Made by a program: the position numbers and the translations under genes | Source: a virus | Lineage: Duplodnaviria; Caudoviricetes | Length of the DNA: 52,782 nt | Virus record (IMG/VR): IMGVR_UViG_3300017776_000018 | Span: 1-52,782 of that record | Direction: 5' to 3' (one strand) | Part shown: one piece after another, positions 17,649 through 27,170 of the stretch | Layout of the letters: each line of letters begins with the position of its first letter | Numbering within the stretch: position 1 is the first letter of the stretch | Notes under the pieces: generated by a model | The model's input: only the letters and a program-made list of their open reading frames with translations | The model's database searches: none | Told to the model about the DNA's origin: nothing

Positions 17649-18796
17649 GCGCACAATGGTTTAACCCACTTGAAGAAACCGCAGAAGGTCGTTTGTTGAA
17701 AGACGTTCAAGACCTCTTGAAAGAAGTCAAGAACAAGGATAAAGCCGATCTTGACAAAGACGGCAAATTGTCTGGCTACGAAAAGAAACGTGCAAAGGCG
17801 ATTGAGTCCTCAATGGCTAAGGACGGCTACAAATCAGATCGTGGTCAAAAGCCAGCACCCAAGTTGCCGAGTTCAAAGGGCAGCAAGACGGTGATAAAGT
17901 TTGACATGTCCGACAATTGCCCCAATTGTGGTGCAAACCCGCATGAAGAATGTGGGAAAATGGGCATGAACCATGAAATGCGAGCAATTGATTGCATGAA
18001 GAATCCTATCGCCTTTGACTCTCGATTTGATGATGCAAGGCAGCATTCCATCCTTGAACACGTTGATGAAGGACATGGTTCAATGCTCATCGCACGTTCC
18101 GATTCAAAGAACACCGAATGCTCAATGTGCATGAGCGAGATTGGAAAGAACCAAGACTGTTCAATGTGCATGAGCGAAGTCTCAAAAGCCGACATGGATG
18201 AGAAGAACAAATACTGTCAAAAGCACTTTGGATGCAATTATTCCCAATGCACATCTAAACAAAAGGCACAATGCGACAGGGAATGTGGCAAGGAACTCAA
18301 AAAATACAGTCAAGAGTCAAGCGTTGAGAACCTATTCCCTCGCTTCCAAAACGTGGATGGCGGAATGCCAGTCAATGCACATGGATTCACAACCAGGGGA
18401 ACATACCCCGCAACCAATGACGGCCCTAAGAAATCCATTGTGAGCGAAACGGCAAAAATGCCAGCATTCGCTAAGACGGAATACACCCCAAAGGGAAGCA
18501 GCCTACACATGCACTACAACGATGCTGGCGGCACACGTGCTAATCCACCAAACATTGACACCATCGAGCAACGCCTTGCATCCTTGACCAAACATGCTGG
18601 TCGCAACAATTTGGGAATGATCGGTGAAATTGAAGGGTTGTTGAAGCAGGTTAAAGACCATCTCGCCAAAGCCGAAGGTTGTAGGCGTTGCCAAGATGAA
18701 TCCGACGATTTTTTCGATACGGTGGACTTTGGGCGAATCTGTTCCGACTGTTATGAGGAATTGGATGATGAGGGACGCATCAAAACGTATCGTTGA
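17645..18796 (+). CDS. Modular Cys-rich protein (several small Zn-binding modules and an EF-hand-like motif)
   Basis: DLDKDGKLSGYE; CPNCG; duplicated CSMCMSE; CQKHFGC..C..C..C; terminal CRRC...CSDC. Confidence 0.75.
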   Translation: MSAQWFNPLEETAEGRLLKDVQDLLKEVKNKDKADLDKDGKLSGYEKKRAKAIESSMAKDGYKSDRGQKPAPKLPSSKGSKTVIKFDMSDNCPNCGANPHEECGKMGMNHEMRAIDCMKNPIAFDSRFDDARQHSILEHVDEGHGSMLIARSDSKNTECSMCMSEIGKNQDCSMCMSEVSKADMDEKNKYCQKHFGCNYSQCTSKQKAQCDRECGKELKKYSQESSVENLFPRFQNVDGGMPVNAHGFTTRGTYPATNDGPKKSIVSETAKMPAFAKTEYTPKGSSLHMHYNDAGGTRANPPNIDTIEQRLASLTKHAGRNNLGMIGEIEGLLKQVKDHLAKAEGCRRCQDESDDFFDTVDFGRICSDCYEELDDEGRIKTYR

Positions 18797-18810
18797 AGGT
18801 GGTCTTTTGC

Positions 18811-21800
18811 ATGACAACAGAATTGGATAGGATTCGCACCGACGCAATCATTTCAATTCACAAAGCATCCGATTTTGATTTCAAAGAATACGTCAAGCAC
18901 CTCCCTGCTGAAAACATCAGCAAAGAGGACATGGCGACTATGCTTGGGGGTATGCAACCCCAAATGCCTGAATACCGAATGACGGATTTATCAGCACCAA
19001 TGGCTGTTTCACAAATGAAAATACCTTCACACAATGACTTCTTGGCTGGACATACAAAGGTTTCAAACAACCCGTTAGCGGATTGGCCTTCGGCATCACC
19101 TGAAAACCAATTTGGAAAACACCACCCATTCGGCATGGAATCAAACAGTTGCCCTTTGTTGCATGGTTCGGCATGGGGAAAACCCGCCTATGCTGAACAA
19201 CTGGCAAATCTCATGCCTGAATTGAAAAACATCGCTGAACGTGAAAGGAGGCTTGCATTTGAACCTTCTCGATATGGTGAGCCAAAGGAGAGCCTACATG
19301 ACTTGATGATTCGTGATCGCAACCGATACCGCAACCATTCGGATGAAGAATATACAAACGGCAAAATTACCGAATGGGAAAAACGATTGGGATTGTTGCC
19401 GTATTTGTTTGGCCTTGAATATCAAACAGAAGATCAACGTGAGCAATTTCTTGGCATTTTGAGAAACATGGCTACAAAGAAGAACATGAACTCACCAGAT
19501 TCAAGATTCCTCCAAAACAAAATGCAGGAAAAAGCGGGTATTTCATGGGGTCGTGCAATGCGTTCCTTCCGAGCCAGATTCATTCCTCTCCTTCAATGGT
19601 GGCAACGTGCAAGTGATCGGCATGGCCCTATTTCCCCTGCTCAAATGCAAAGCGATTTGTTCAAATCGGAAAGTGCCGACTTACACTTTGTCAGCCCTTA
19701 TGTGGTGATACCTCCCTCTCAAATTGAAGAATCATTCACGCACCATTGGTGGGACATTTACCAGCCTTGGGGTGGTGTTGGCCGTGATTACAAATCATTG
19801 CATGATATTTTGAAGCAATCATACCCAAAGGTGTTTGATAGCGACTGGATGGACGAAACCTTGGTGGGTATTTCAGCATCCATGCTTGATTCCTACAACA
19901 CCGATGGAGGAAGCCACTTTCCACACCTCATTAACAATGATGAGGCGCAGGGGCATCCATCTCATGCCGCTTTGAAATCTAATTTCAAGGATGCTAATTT
20001 CTTTGAGAATCGAAGGGCAAATTGGAGTCATGCTTCAAATCTCCACTTCCTACACCCAAGCGAGGTTCAAGGTCAAGGTGGACGCATGATAGTTCCATCC
20101 GATCAAATGATGATGAGTCGGCTTGGACGTTCATTAGCGGGTCAAGCCGATATGGGTTCTCCGAGAATTGGAATGTTCCGTGAAGAACACCCCTCATCAA
20201 GTTCAGGTTATTGGGATAGCCACAACGCTTTGTTTGCCGCAAACGACATGCACATGGGCAAAGTTATGAACAACATGGCGCAACAAGTTATGAAGCAATT
20301 TGGTTCTGGCATCATCAACCCTGCTGATCCAACCAACATGGAACAGGCAACGTTGGCACGTGGAAACCTTCAACAATTGGCTGCTGCCGCCGACTTCGCC
20401 ATGAAGAAAGTGAACATGGGGGAGGAATACCGAGCCTTAGCACCGATTGTTGAGAACGGCAATGTGGGAATGAAAATCAAGAACATTGGCCCCGTTCATC
20501 CTACTTCATTTGCTACAACTCCCCCCACCTACAACACAGGCAACACCCACCTTTGGGGCCATGAAATGCCAGCGAGTCTCACATGGAAACATGACCCTCA
20601 AAGCGGGGGAATCTCCTTTGGAATGGCCGAGGAACCGTTCAACATTATGCAACGAACAGTCCATGAAAACAAAATCAAGGCGGTTTTGCCCTCTTTACTT
20701 GAAAGCAACATCATGCCTAAGCAAAAGGACATTCATGCACTATCGGCATTGGATAGCCGAGGACTTTCACCTATCGCCACAGGAAGTCTGTTGAAGGCTG
20801 ATGATTATAAGCCAACAGGTGTGTTCACAACCAAAATCATTCCCGCCTACACCATCCACAAGTTGGACGATATGGAAAAGTTGCGTGGATTTTCAGGTGA
20901 TTGGGTCGTTCAAAAAATGCCGAAGGGTGAACGGGTCTTTGTTGAAAAGAAGGGCAACCACTTGAAAGGTGGCAAGTTGCCTGGTGGCGTAAAGAAGGAA
21001 TTGCGTGATATGACTGGCGATTTCACCTTTGATGCGTATTTGGATGGCGACACTTTACACGTTGTTGATTTGCTGGTTCACAAAGGAACAGACCTACACC
21101 TTGAACCGCTTGACGACAGAATCAATGCCCTTCGAACACTTTACGACTCAACAGAACACGTTCACTTCCCCATGCCAACCAATTGTGTTTCCACCGACCA
21201 TGAGGGGTTGGATAAAGCCATCAGCAATTTTGATGAGGACGAATTGTTGATTCGTGATTCATGTTCAACTTTCATGAAGGAAAAGGAAGTTCACCCAAAG
21301 TGGATTCGCTATGCTAAAGAATCAATCGCTAAGGCGTTTTATCCTCCAATGCCAGAAGTGGTTGTTTATCCAAACAAAATCAAGTTGTGTTATCCTTCCA
21401 TTCTTGACCCTGTGATTGTAAAAGGGTCTTTTGATGGAATGGGCTTTGACATTGAAGGGCTTGAAGGCAATGATTCCATCATGTCAAAGGCAATCCGTGA
21501 TATGCCCCTTTGGAGTCCAGTCGCAATCAGTCTGTTGAAAGAAGGTGCGGCAGCATCGGGTGGTGGCTCAAGTGGTGGTGCATTTACCTCAAGTGATACA
21601 GGAGGTTTCAATCCAATTCATTCAAAACCGAAGCGAAAGCGACCACGTGAGTTGAAAATCGCAAAAGAAACCATCCTACGTGCGCCATCAATTATTGGCG
21701 AGGATGAGGAAGGCGATAATGTGGCTCACACCATGAAACACGCTCGACGTGCTATCACCGAAGATGATACGGCAAAAACAACTGAGCAATTGTTGGAAAA

Positions 21801-22236
21801 GGTGAAAGGACTCAACAAAAAAATGCTTGAGATGTTCTCAGGTGAATATGGCCTTGAGCGAACCGAAGAAGGCAAGTGGACTGTCAATGAAGCAATTGAC
21901 GACGACATCATAGAGAATATGTTTCCACGTATGAATCGCATTTCACCTGATGGTGGGGCGTGGGCTGGAATGCAAGCCGACATCACCGCACCAAGAGGAC
22001 CAACTGAACTGATTGAGGATAGCGGAACTACGTTTTACGATCCCAAAGAAGGTGAAGAGGTTGAAGAAATCCCAATGAAGCATTTGCGAGTCAAAGATGA
22101 GGCAAATGGAGAAGAAGCCACAATTGACATTGAGAATGGTCAAGCCACCCTTCGTATGCCGTTGAAAACGCAACAGGAAATGGCTGATGAGCAAGAAGTT
22201 CAACCAGATGATAGGTCCGAAGCCGAAGAGATATGA
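18811..22236 (+). CDS. Large head-region protein containing a degenerate ATP-dependent DNA ligase adenylation-like domain
   Basis: WVVQKMPKGER / FTFDAYL / LHVVDLL / PLDDRINAL / DELLIRD / KWIRY follow the order of ligase motifs I, III, IIIa, IV and V; located directly before the protease gene. Confidence 0.65.
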   Translation: MTTELDRIRTDAIISIHKASDFDFKEYVKHLPAENISKEDMATMLGGMQPQMPEYRMTDLSAPMAVSQMKIPSHNDFLAGHTKVSNNPLADWPSASPENQFGKHHPFGMESNSCPLLHGSAWGKPAYAEQLANLMPELKNIAERERRLAFEPSRYGEPKESLHDLMIRDRNRYRNHSDEEYTNGKITEWEKRLGLLPYLFGLEYQTEDQREQFLGILRNMATKKNMNSPDSRFLQNKMQEKAGISWGRAMRSFRARFIPLLQWWQRASDRHGPISPAQMQSDLFKSESADLHFVSPYVVIPPSQIEESFTHHWWDIYQPWGGVGRDYKSLHDILKQSYPKVFDSDWMDETLVGISASMLDSYNTDGGSHFPHLINNDEAQGHPSHAALKSNFKDANFFENRRANWSHASNLHFLHPSEVQGQGGRMIVPSDQMMMSRLGRSLAGQADMGSPRIGMFREEHPSSSSGYWDSHNALFAANDMHMGKVMNNMAQQVMKQFGSGIINPADPTNMEQATLARGNLQQLAAAADFAMKKVNMGEEYRALAPIVENGNVGMKIKNIGPVHPTSFATTPPTYNTGNTHLWGHEMPASLTWKHDPQSGGISFGMAEEPFNIMQRTVHENKIKAVLPSLLESNIMPKQKDIHALSALDSRGLSPIATGSLLKADDYKPTGVFTTKIIPAYTIHKLDDMEKLRGFSGDWVVQKMPKGERVFVEKKGNHLKGGKLPGGVKKELRDMTGDFTFDAYLDGDTLHVVDLLVHKGTDLHLEPLDDRINALRTLYDSTEHVHFPMPTNCVSTDHEGLDKAISNFDEDELLIRDSCSTFMKEKEVHPKWIRYAKESIAKAFYPPMPEVVVYPNKIKLCYPSILDPVIVKGSFDGMGFDIEGLEGNDSIMSKAIRDMPLWSPVAISLLKEGAAASGGGSSGGAFTSSDTGGFNPIHSKPKRKRPRELKIAKETILRAPSIIGEDEEGDNVAHTMKHARRAITEDDTAKTTEQLLEKVKGLNKKMLEMFSGEYGLERTEEGKWTVNEAIDDDIIENMFPRMNRISPDGGAWAGMQADITAPRGPTELIEDSGTTFYDPKEGEEVEEIPMKHLRVKDEANGEEATIDIENGQATLRMPLKTQQEMADEQEVQPDDRSEAEEI

Positions 22237-22246
22237 ACCATATCCC

Positions 22247-22254
22247 TTCATATA
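22247..22254 (+). promoter_or_regulatory. Putative TATA-like box for the protease-capsid operon
   Basis: TTCATATA in an intergenic gap, 32 nt before ATG 22279. Confidence 0.5.
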
Positions 22255-22278
22255 GGACTACATTAAATCGAAAGGACA

Positions 22279-23643
22279 ATGGCGACCACACTCGACCTTC
22301 AAACGGCATCGTGGAATGCCGAAGGTTCGGACTTCTTGTTGAAGTCTGTTGGAAGTGCTGGTGAACTTTACGTCGCTGGCTACGCATCTGTTGATATGGT
22401 GGACAAGCAAGGAGATAGAATCCCTACCGCCGCACTAAAGAAGGCATTCGGCCAATTCATGGATAACAAAGCGTTTCGAAATGTTCAGTTGGCTCATTCT
22501 GGTATTCAAGTTGGTGAGGTCGTTGCAGACCACACCGATTCCCAAGGTCGTGTTTGGAAGTCCGAAGTGGACGACCACGGCCTGTTCGTCGTGTGCAAAA
22601 TCCGCAACGACATTCAAAAAGCACGTGAAGTGCAAAAGCAAATCCGCAATGGCGATTTGCGAGCGTTCTCGATTGGCGGTCAAGCCTTGTTTCGTGTTAG
22701 CAAAACGACACCAGAACTTGGAAGCCATCGAGAGATTACCGATCTTGAATTGCATGAAATTACGCTATGCAAGAAAGGTATCAACCCCGAATCAACCTAC
22801 ACAATACTGAAAATGGAAGATGATAACATGAGCAACACAGAAGTTTTGAACGAAATTAAGGCTGGACTGAGCGAAGTTCTCAAAGAACTGAGCGAAAAAG
22901 AAGAAACCAAAGAGGACAAATCCTACAAAGAGGACAAATCCTACAAAGGCGACATGATGCGAGAAGAGGAAGAGGGACACACCCAAAAGTCCGAAGAAGC
23001 AGCCCTTGACTACATCACCACACTTGAGAAGTTTGCTCACGAATCTGGTGTGGACTTGAACGGCCTTCGTGATCACTTCGGTTTGGAGAAGGCTTACCTT
23101 CTCGAACAAGGTCGTGGCGGCTACTCTCACCGTGGACAAGGTGATGAAGTCGGGTCTGGCGAGGATGCTTCCGAGCCAGCATACCCCTCCCTTCCAAGTC
23201 CTGGTGGCAACCAATACGTCATCAAATCCCCAAGTGTTCCAAACATGAACATGAATGCACCTTCTGGCAACCAAAACGTTGTGAAGTCCTTGACTCCTGA
23301 GATGTTGGAGAAGGGCTACCGCACCTACGCTGCTCTCCGTGATGAAGAAGCAGTTAAGGGACTGGTTGAGAAGGAATGGCAAGACCGCTACCACGCTGAA
23401 ACGGCTCACGCTCTTGAAGTTCGCAAGCAAAACGATGTTGGAGTCCAACTGAACTCCCTACGTGAAGAGATTGCTATGCTCAAGTCCGAGAACGCATCCC
23501 TACAAAAGAGCGAAGTTGCACCTTCGACTCCTTCCACCTCCATTCGTGTGCCAACACATGGCGAGTTTGCCCAGATGGGCAATGACCTTGATGGCTGGCG
23601 AGCAGCAGAAGCACTTGCTCAACGTGCGTTGCGAGGCGAATGA
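22279..23643 (+). CDS. HK97-type prohead maturation protease fused to a scaffold-like C-terminal region
   Basis: VAGYASVDMVDKQGD, catalytic His (LAHSG), Ser (AFSIGG) and LHEITL...INPES; acidic coiled-coil C-terminus; directly upstream of the MCP. Confidence 0.9.
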   Translation: MATTLDLQTASWNAEGSDFLLKSVGSAGELYVAGYASVDMVDKQGDRIPTAALKKAFGQFMDNKAFRNVQLAHSGIQVGEVVADHTDSQGRVWKSEVDDHGLFVVCKIRNDIQKAREVQKQIRNGDLRAFSIGGQALFRVSKTTPELGSHREITDLELHEITLCKKGINPESTYTILKMEDDNMSNTEVLNEIKAGLSEVLKELSEKEETKEDKSYKEDKSYKGDMMREEEEGHTQKSEEAALDYITTLEKFAHESGVDLNGLRDHFGLEKAYLLEQGRGGYSHRGQGDEVGSGEDASEPAYPSLPSPGGNQYVIKSPSVPNMNMNAPSGNQNVVKSLTPEMLEKGYRTYAALRDEEAVKGLVEKEWQDRYHAETAHALEVRKQNDVGVQLNSLREEIAMLKSENASLQKSEVAPSTPSTSIRVPTHGEFAQMGNDLDGWRAAEALAQRALRGE

Positions 23644-23652
23644 AACAACAAC

Positions 23653-23671
23653 ATGGAGATGATGAAAAATG
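23653..23671 (+). repeat. 19-nt leader/RBS repeat, copy 1
   Basis: ATGGAGATGATGAAAAATG, identical to 24831-24849. Confidence 0.85.
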
Positions 23672-24817
23672 ACGCAAGGCTACATTCGAACAATTGAAGA
23701 TATGGAACGGCTCTATTACGGGGCTGGCGCAGGAACCAACGCATGGGCTTATTCGGGAACGGATTTGCTCAAGGCCGACAGTCCCTTGATGTCCTCCACT
23801 TCTGGAACCTACCAAGCGATCTTTGGCCGCAAGGTCTGGTCGCAACTGAACCAAGAGTTCAACGCATTCTCCATTCTCCCCAAGAAACCTTGGGAGAAGT
23901 CGGGATGGCGTGTCGTGACGGGCAAGCCCGATGATGCCGTCGGACTTCCTGAAAACGGAACGCTACCAGACTCCACCAAGCCAACCTTCGAAGAGGTTTC
24001 CACGAAACCCAAGACGGTTGCTTCCAAGTTTGACCTCAGCGAAACCGCCATGTTCCTTGCCGACAAGGATGATGGTTTGGGCGATGCAAGAGCCGTTATC
24101 AAAATGGAAATGTCCAAGTCTCACGCCGAGAGCATCAACAAAATGCTTCTCAAGGACATTGACACGACGGCAGGAAACACCTTTGAGTCCATTGACCGAG
24201 CCACCTCGTCGTCTTTGACTGAAACCGCCGCTTTTGCCGACGTTTCGGCTCTTGCCGACCACAACATGTATTCCATCACCCGCAACTCAACGGGAACTCG
24301 AAGTTGGTTTGATGCAAACGTGGATGCTGGCGCAACTGGGGCCGAGCGACCTCTCACCCTCAACATTCTTGACGGCATGTTCCGTGAAGTCTGGGAACGT
24401 GGTGGTCAGCCCAAGGTCATTCTCACGGGCTACGACACCATCGAGAAAATCCAACAACTCTTGCAGCCTCAGCAACGATTCACCGAGATGAAGCGTGTTT
24501 CTCCATCCGTGAACGGCGTTCAAGGAATCCCAGGCATGGAGGGCGGCTTCGTTGTCGCCACCTACAACGGCGTTCCAATCATCCCTGCAAAGGACGTTCA
24601 CAACCCATCTGGCGGAATCAGCCGCATTTACATGCTCGACACCGACTACATGTATTTCTGCACCGCCAAGCCCACGCTTTACCATGAGTCGGGCATTGAA
24701 ACGGGCGACCCCTTCGGCATCAACCGTTTGGGACAGGTCGGCCTCTTCCACACGATGGGCGAACTTTGGCAACTCTTCTATGGCGCACACGGCAAAATCC
24801 GTGATTTGAGCGCATGA
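23669..24817 (+). CDS. Major capsid protein (HK97 fold)
   Basis: Position after the protease; 382 aa; VWSQLNQEFNAFSILPKKPW and YNGVPII motifs typical of archaeal tailed-virus MCPs; strongly biased codon usage. Confidence 0.92.
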   Translation: MTQGYIRTIEDMERLYYGAGAGTNAWAYSGTDLLKADSPLMSSTSGTYQAIFGRKVWSQLNQEFNAFSILPKKPWEKSGWRVVTGKPDDAVGLPENGTLPDSTKPTFEEVSTKPKTVASKFDLSETAMFLADKDDGLGDARAVIKMEMSKSHAESINKMLLKDIDTTAGNTFESIDRATSSSLTETAAFADVSALADHNMYSITRNSTGTRSWFDANVDAGATGAERPLTLNILDGMFREVWERGGQPKVILTGYDTIEKIQQLLQPQQRFTEMKRVSPSVNGVQGIPGMEGGFVVATYNGVPIIPAKDVHNPSGGISRIYMLDTDYMYFCTAKPTLYHESGIETGDPFGINRLGQVGLFHTMGELWQLFYGAHGKIRDLSA

Positions 24818-24830
24818 GGACAAAAAAAAA

Positions 24831-24849
24831 ATGGAGATGATGAAAAATG
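24831..24849 (+). repeat. 19-nt leader/RBS repeat, copy 2
   Basis: ATGGAGATGATGAAAAATG preceded by an A run. Confidence 0.85.
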
Positions 24850-25239
24850 GCAAGCGCAAATCTTACCGAAGCAAGCACCTCAGTTGTATTCAGCCTTCCA
24901 ATGTGGGCTGGTGTGGCTGATCAAGACAACACCGCATGGCTGCAATCGCCCATTGGCTCAAACGCAGCCATTGGTGCAATCAACATGGGTTGCGTGGATG
25001 TAGTGGCTACTGCTGCAACAACCACCACCACCCTTGACTTTGCAGACTCGGACACCCCAACTGCGGTCCTCAACCGAATTAACCCCACCCAGATTATTGC
25101 CGTCCTCTCGGTTGTCAATTCATCTGATGCGGCGGCTGGCGACATTCCCAACATCGGATTCGGTGCAAAGACCATCAGTTTTGATTCCGATACTGGCGGC
25201 GATGGCGACACCCACCGAATTGTGTTCCTTTACCGTTGA
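24847..25239 (+). CDS. Putative capsid decoration or minor head protein
   Basis: Immediately after the MCP and shares its leader; A/T/D-rich beta-type composition. Confidence 0.6.
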   Translation: MASANLTEASTSVVFSLPMWAGVADQDNTAWLQSPIGSNAAIGAINMGCVDVVATAATTTTTLDFADSDTPTAVLNRINPTQIIAVLSVVNSSDAAAGDIPNIGFGAKTISFDSDTGGDGDTHRIVFLYR

Positions 25240-25250
25240 GGTGTTCCCTG

Positions 25251-25619
25251 ATGGGAATTAAGGTCGAATACGTGGGCGCACGTTCATACACCGAGTTCCG
25301 CTATGGCGGCAAGTCTGTTGGCTTTGCACGTGGCATGGTTCGTGAACTCGATGATGAAGCAATCCCCACCATTCGCCAACTTGTGGATAGCGGTTCAAAC
25401 ATGTGGAGAATCATTGACGATGCACCTTCCCAGACAGAAGCCATGAAAGCAACCATCGAGCCTACGGTTGAAGAAACCGTTGTTGAAGAGGAAGAATCCA
25501 CCGACGTTGATTACGCTTCAATGACAAGGGCTGCTCTCATGTCCTTAGCAAAGGAACGTGGACACACCATCAAGAACACCACGAAGAAAGCAGATCTGGT
25601 TGAACTTTTGTCGGCATAG
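25251..25619 (+). CDS. Protein with C-terminal Rho-N/SAP-like helix-extended-helix domain
   Basis: YASMTRAALMSLAKERGHTIKNTTKKADLVELL; GAGGTG RBS. Confidence 0.7.
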   Translation: MGIKVEYVGARSYTEFRYGGKSVGFARGMVRELDDEAIPTIRQLVDSGSNMWRIIDDAPSQTEAMKATIEPTVEETVVEEEESTDVDYASMTRAALMSLAKERGHTIKNTTKKADLVELLSA

Positions 25620-25623
25620 GTAG

Positions 25624-26160
25624 GTGTCCGACATGACGAACAACCGTGAATCACTTACTGATGGCGACTTCTATTTGAGTCGTTGCCGTGTTAATCGCCA
25701 CGTCATTGAATTGACAGGGGGAGAAGCCAAACAGGTTTCTTTGAACGGCAAAATATCAAAAGTCGTTGTTGATGCCTCCGATGCTGCGTTGGCACTTGGT
25801 TCTGGGAATCATGGACGTTTCCAACTCTTGATGGACGTTGAGGATGGGGGCGGAAACGAAATCCCTTATTTTGACATAATCGGCAAATTGAATTACACAG
25901 GTGCGGGTTCGGGTCAAGTTGCCTTGCTTGAGGTATCGCCTGGTTCCAACAAAGGAACTGGTTCGACCAAGAACTCATTGCACTTCTCAATCACTACTAC
26001 ATCGGCTGCTGAGTCTAACGGTGTAGCGATAGATGAACCCGCCGCATGGAATGGTCTTGTGTGCGGGAAGGTAAGGGTCGTTTGCGATATTGACCCTGGG
26101 GCTGTTGGCGTGATTCTTGATCCTGCCGCAACTATTCGTGTCATAATCCTTCTTGAATAG
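25624..26160 (+). CDS. Putative virion structural protein
   Basis: Beta-rich 178 aa ORF in the head-neck region. Confidence 0.65.
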   Translation: MSDMTNNRESLTDGDFYLSRCRVNRHVIELTGGEAKQVSLNGKISKVVVDASDAALALGSGNHGRFQLLMDVEDGGGNEIPYFDIIGKLNYTGAGSGQVALLEVSPGSNKGTGSTKNSLHFSITTTSAAESNGVAIDEPAAWNGLVCGKVRVVCDIDPGAVGVILDPAATIRVIILLE

Positions 26161-26164
26161 AGCA

Positions 26165-26170
26165 TTTTTT
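26165..26170 (+). terminator. Possible archaeal oligo-T terminator
   Basis: T6 run 4 nt after the stop at 26160. Confidence 0.35.
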
Positions 26171-26172
26171 GG

Positions 26173-26186
26173 GGAAGGGATATAAA
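26173..26186 (+). promoter_or_regulatory. BRE/TATA-like promoter (GGAAGG-GATATAAA)
   Basis: Purine-rich BRE plus TATA box, with the box starting 31 nt before ATG 26210. Confidence 0.55.
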
Positions 26187-26209
26187 CAACCACACAATGA
26201 GGAATTAAC

Positions 26210-26524
26210 ATGGCACTAACCGTTTCTCAGCCACGCCGACAGTCCGTAAATGGAAGCATGATTACCGTTCACCTTGAAATCACCCCCGATACTTCGTGGT
26301 TGGCTGCTGGTGAGGCTCTTGACCTAACCACCTACGTTCCAATCCTTGAGTCAATTGTCCTCGATGGTAGCGCAACTGGCTATGTTTGGCAATACGACCA
26401 CACCAACAAGAAATTGCTTGCCTTTGAAGCGGGTTCTGATGGTGATGCTTTGGATGCCGTCGCTGATGCAACCAACCTTTCATCTCACACGGTTCGAATC
26501 ACCGTTTCAGGCCGACGTGCATGA
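26210..26524 (+). CDS. Putative minor head/structural protein
   Basis: 104 aa; GYVWQYDHTNKKLLAF; located in the structural cluster. Confidence 0.65.
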   Translation: MALTVSQPRRQSVNGSMITVHLEITPDTSWLAAGEALDLTTYVPILESIVLDGSATGYVWQYDHTNKKLLAFEAGSDGDALDAVADATNLSSHTVRITVSGRRA

Positions 26525-26537
26525 TGGGGGATGCCCC

Positions 26538-26852
26538 ATGCCACGATTTGAAATTGCAGATTTTGACCTTGAAACGTCAATTGAAATCAAGAAACGTCGC
26601 AACACACGTATGTTTGAACTCATGACCTCTCAAGGGTCAATTGCTGAGGATCAATCACCATTTAGCCGTGAGAACATGGCTAAGGCTCAATCTCGCTTTG
26701 TGAAGATAAACAAACATGAAGCGAGGGATATTCAAAATATCGGCTCAGGAACACGTTGCACATCATGTGGACTACTCCACTTTTTGTGGACTCCTGAATG
26801 TGCCGTTTGTGGAGAACCAATGCACTTCAACTTAGGAGGACATCACCAATGA
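26538..26852 (+). CDS. Small protein with C-terminal Zn ribbon
   Basis: RCTSCG...ECAVCG; ATG 26538 avoids overlap with the previous gene. Confidence 0.7.
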   Translation: MPRFEIADFDLETSIEIKKRRNTRMFELMTSQGSIAEDQSPFSRENMAKAQSRFVKINKHEARDIQNIGSGTRCTSCGLLHFLWTPECAVCGEPMHFNLGGHHQ

Positions 26853-27157
26853 GCGATGATAAACCATACGACGATGTAAAGCCGAAAGAGGACAAATACG
26901 GCATGATGAAGCCGAAGAAAAAGACTCCACGTGAAGTCATGATGGAAACCCCCCCTCAAAAAATGAAGAAGGATAAGCCTTTCACAAAAGCATGGGACGA
27001 TCTCATCAAGTTCGGTGATTGCCCCGTTTGTGTGGGCGACCCAATGGCTTGTCCTACTCCTGATGTTCCAGCATCGGCTTGTCCAACTCGAAGAAACGCA
27101 ATCAAACACATGATGCGAGGAAAGGGCGCACGACCCCCAATGGTTCTCCGTGATTAA
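26849..27157 (+). CDS. Small modular protein (F-x-x-A-W motif followed by Cys module)
   Basis: AGGAGG RBS and ATGA overlap; PFTKAWDDLIK|FGDCPVC...C...C. Confidence 0.7.
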   Translation: MSDDKPYDDVKPKEDKYGMMKPKKKTPREVMMETPPQKMKKDKPFTKAWDDLIKFGDCPVCVGDPMACPTPDVPASACPTRRNAIKHMMRGKGARPPMVLRD

Positions 27158-27170
27158 AGGGGGAACATAA

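Noticed and set aside
22909-22948. 18-bp duplication (KEDKSY twice)
   Set aside because: Simple in-frame slippage duplication in the scaffold linker with no independent significance.
22792-24859. Long antisense ORFs of 218 and 190 aa
   Set aside because: Shadows of the highly biased protease-scaffold and MCP genes.
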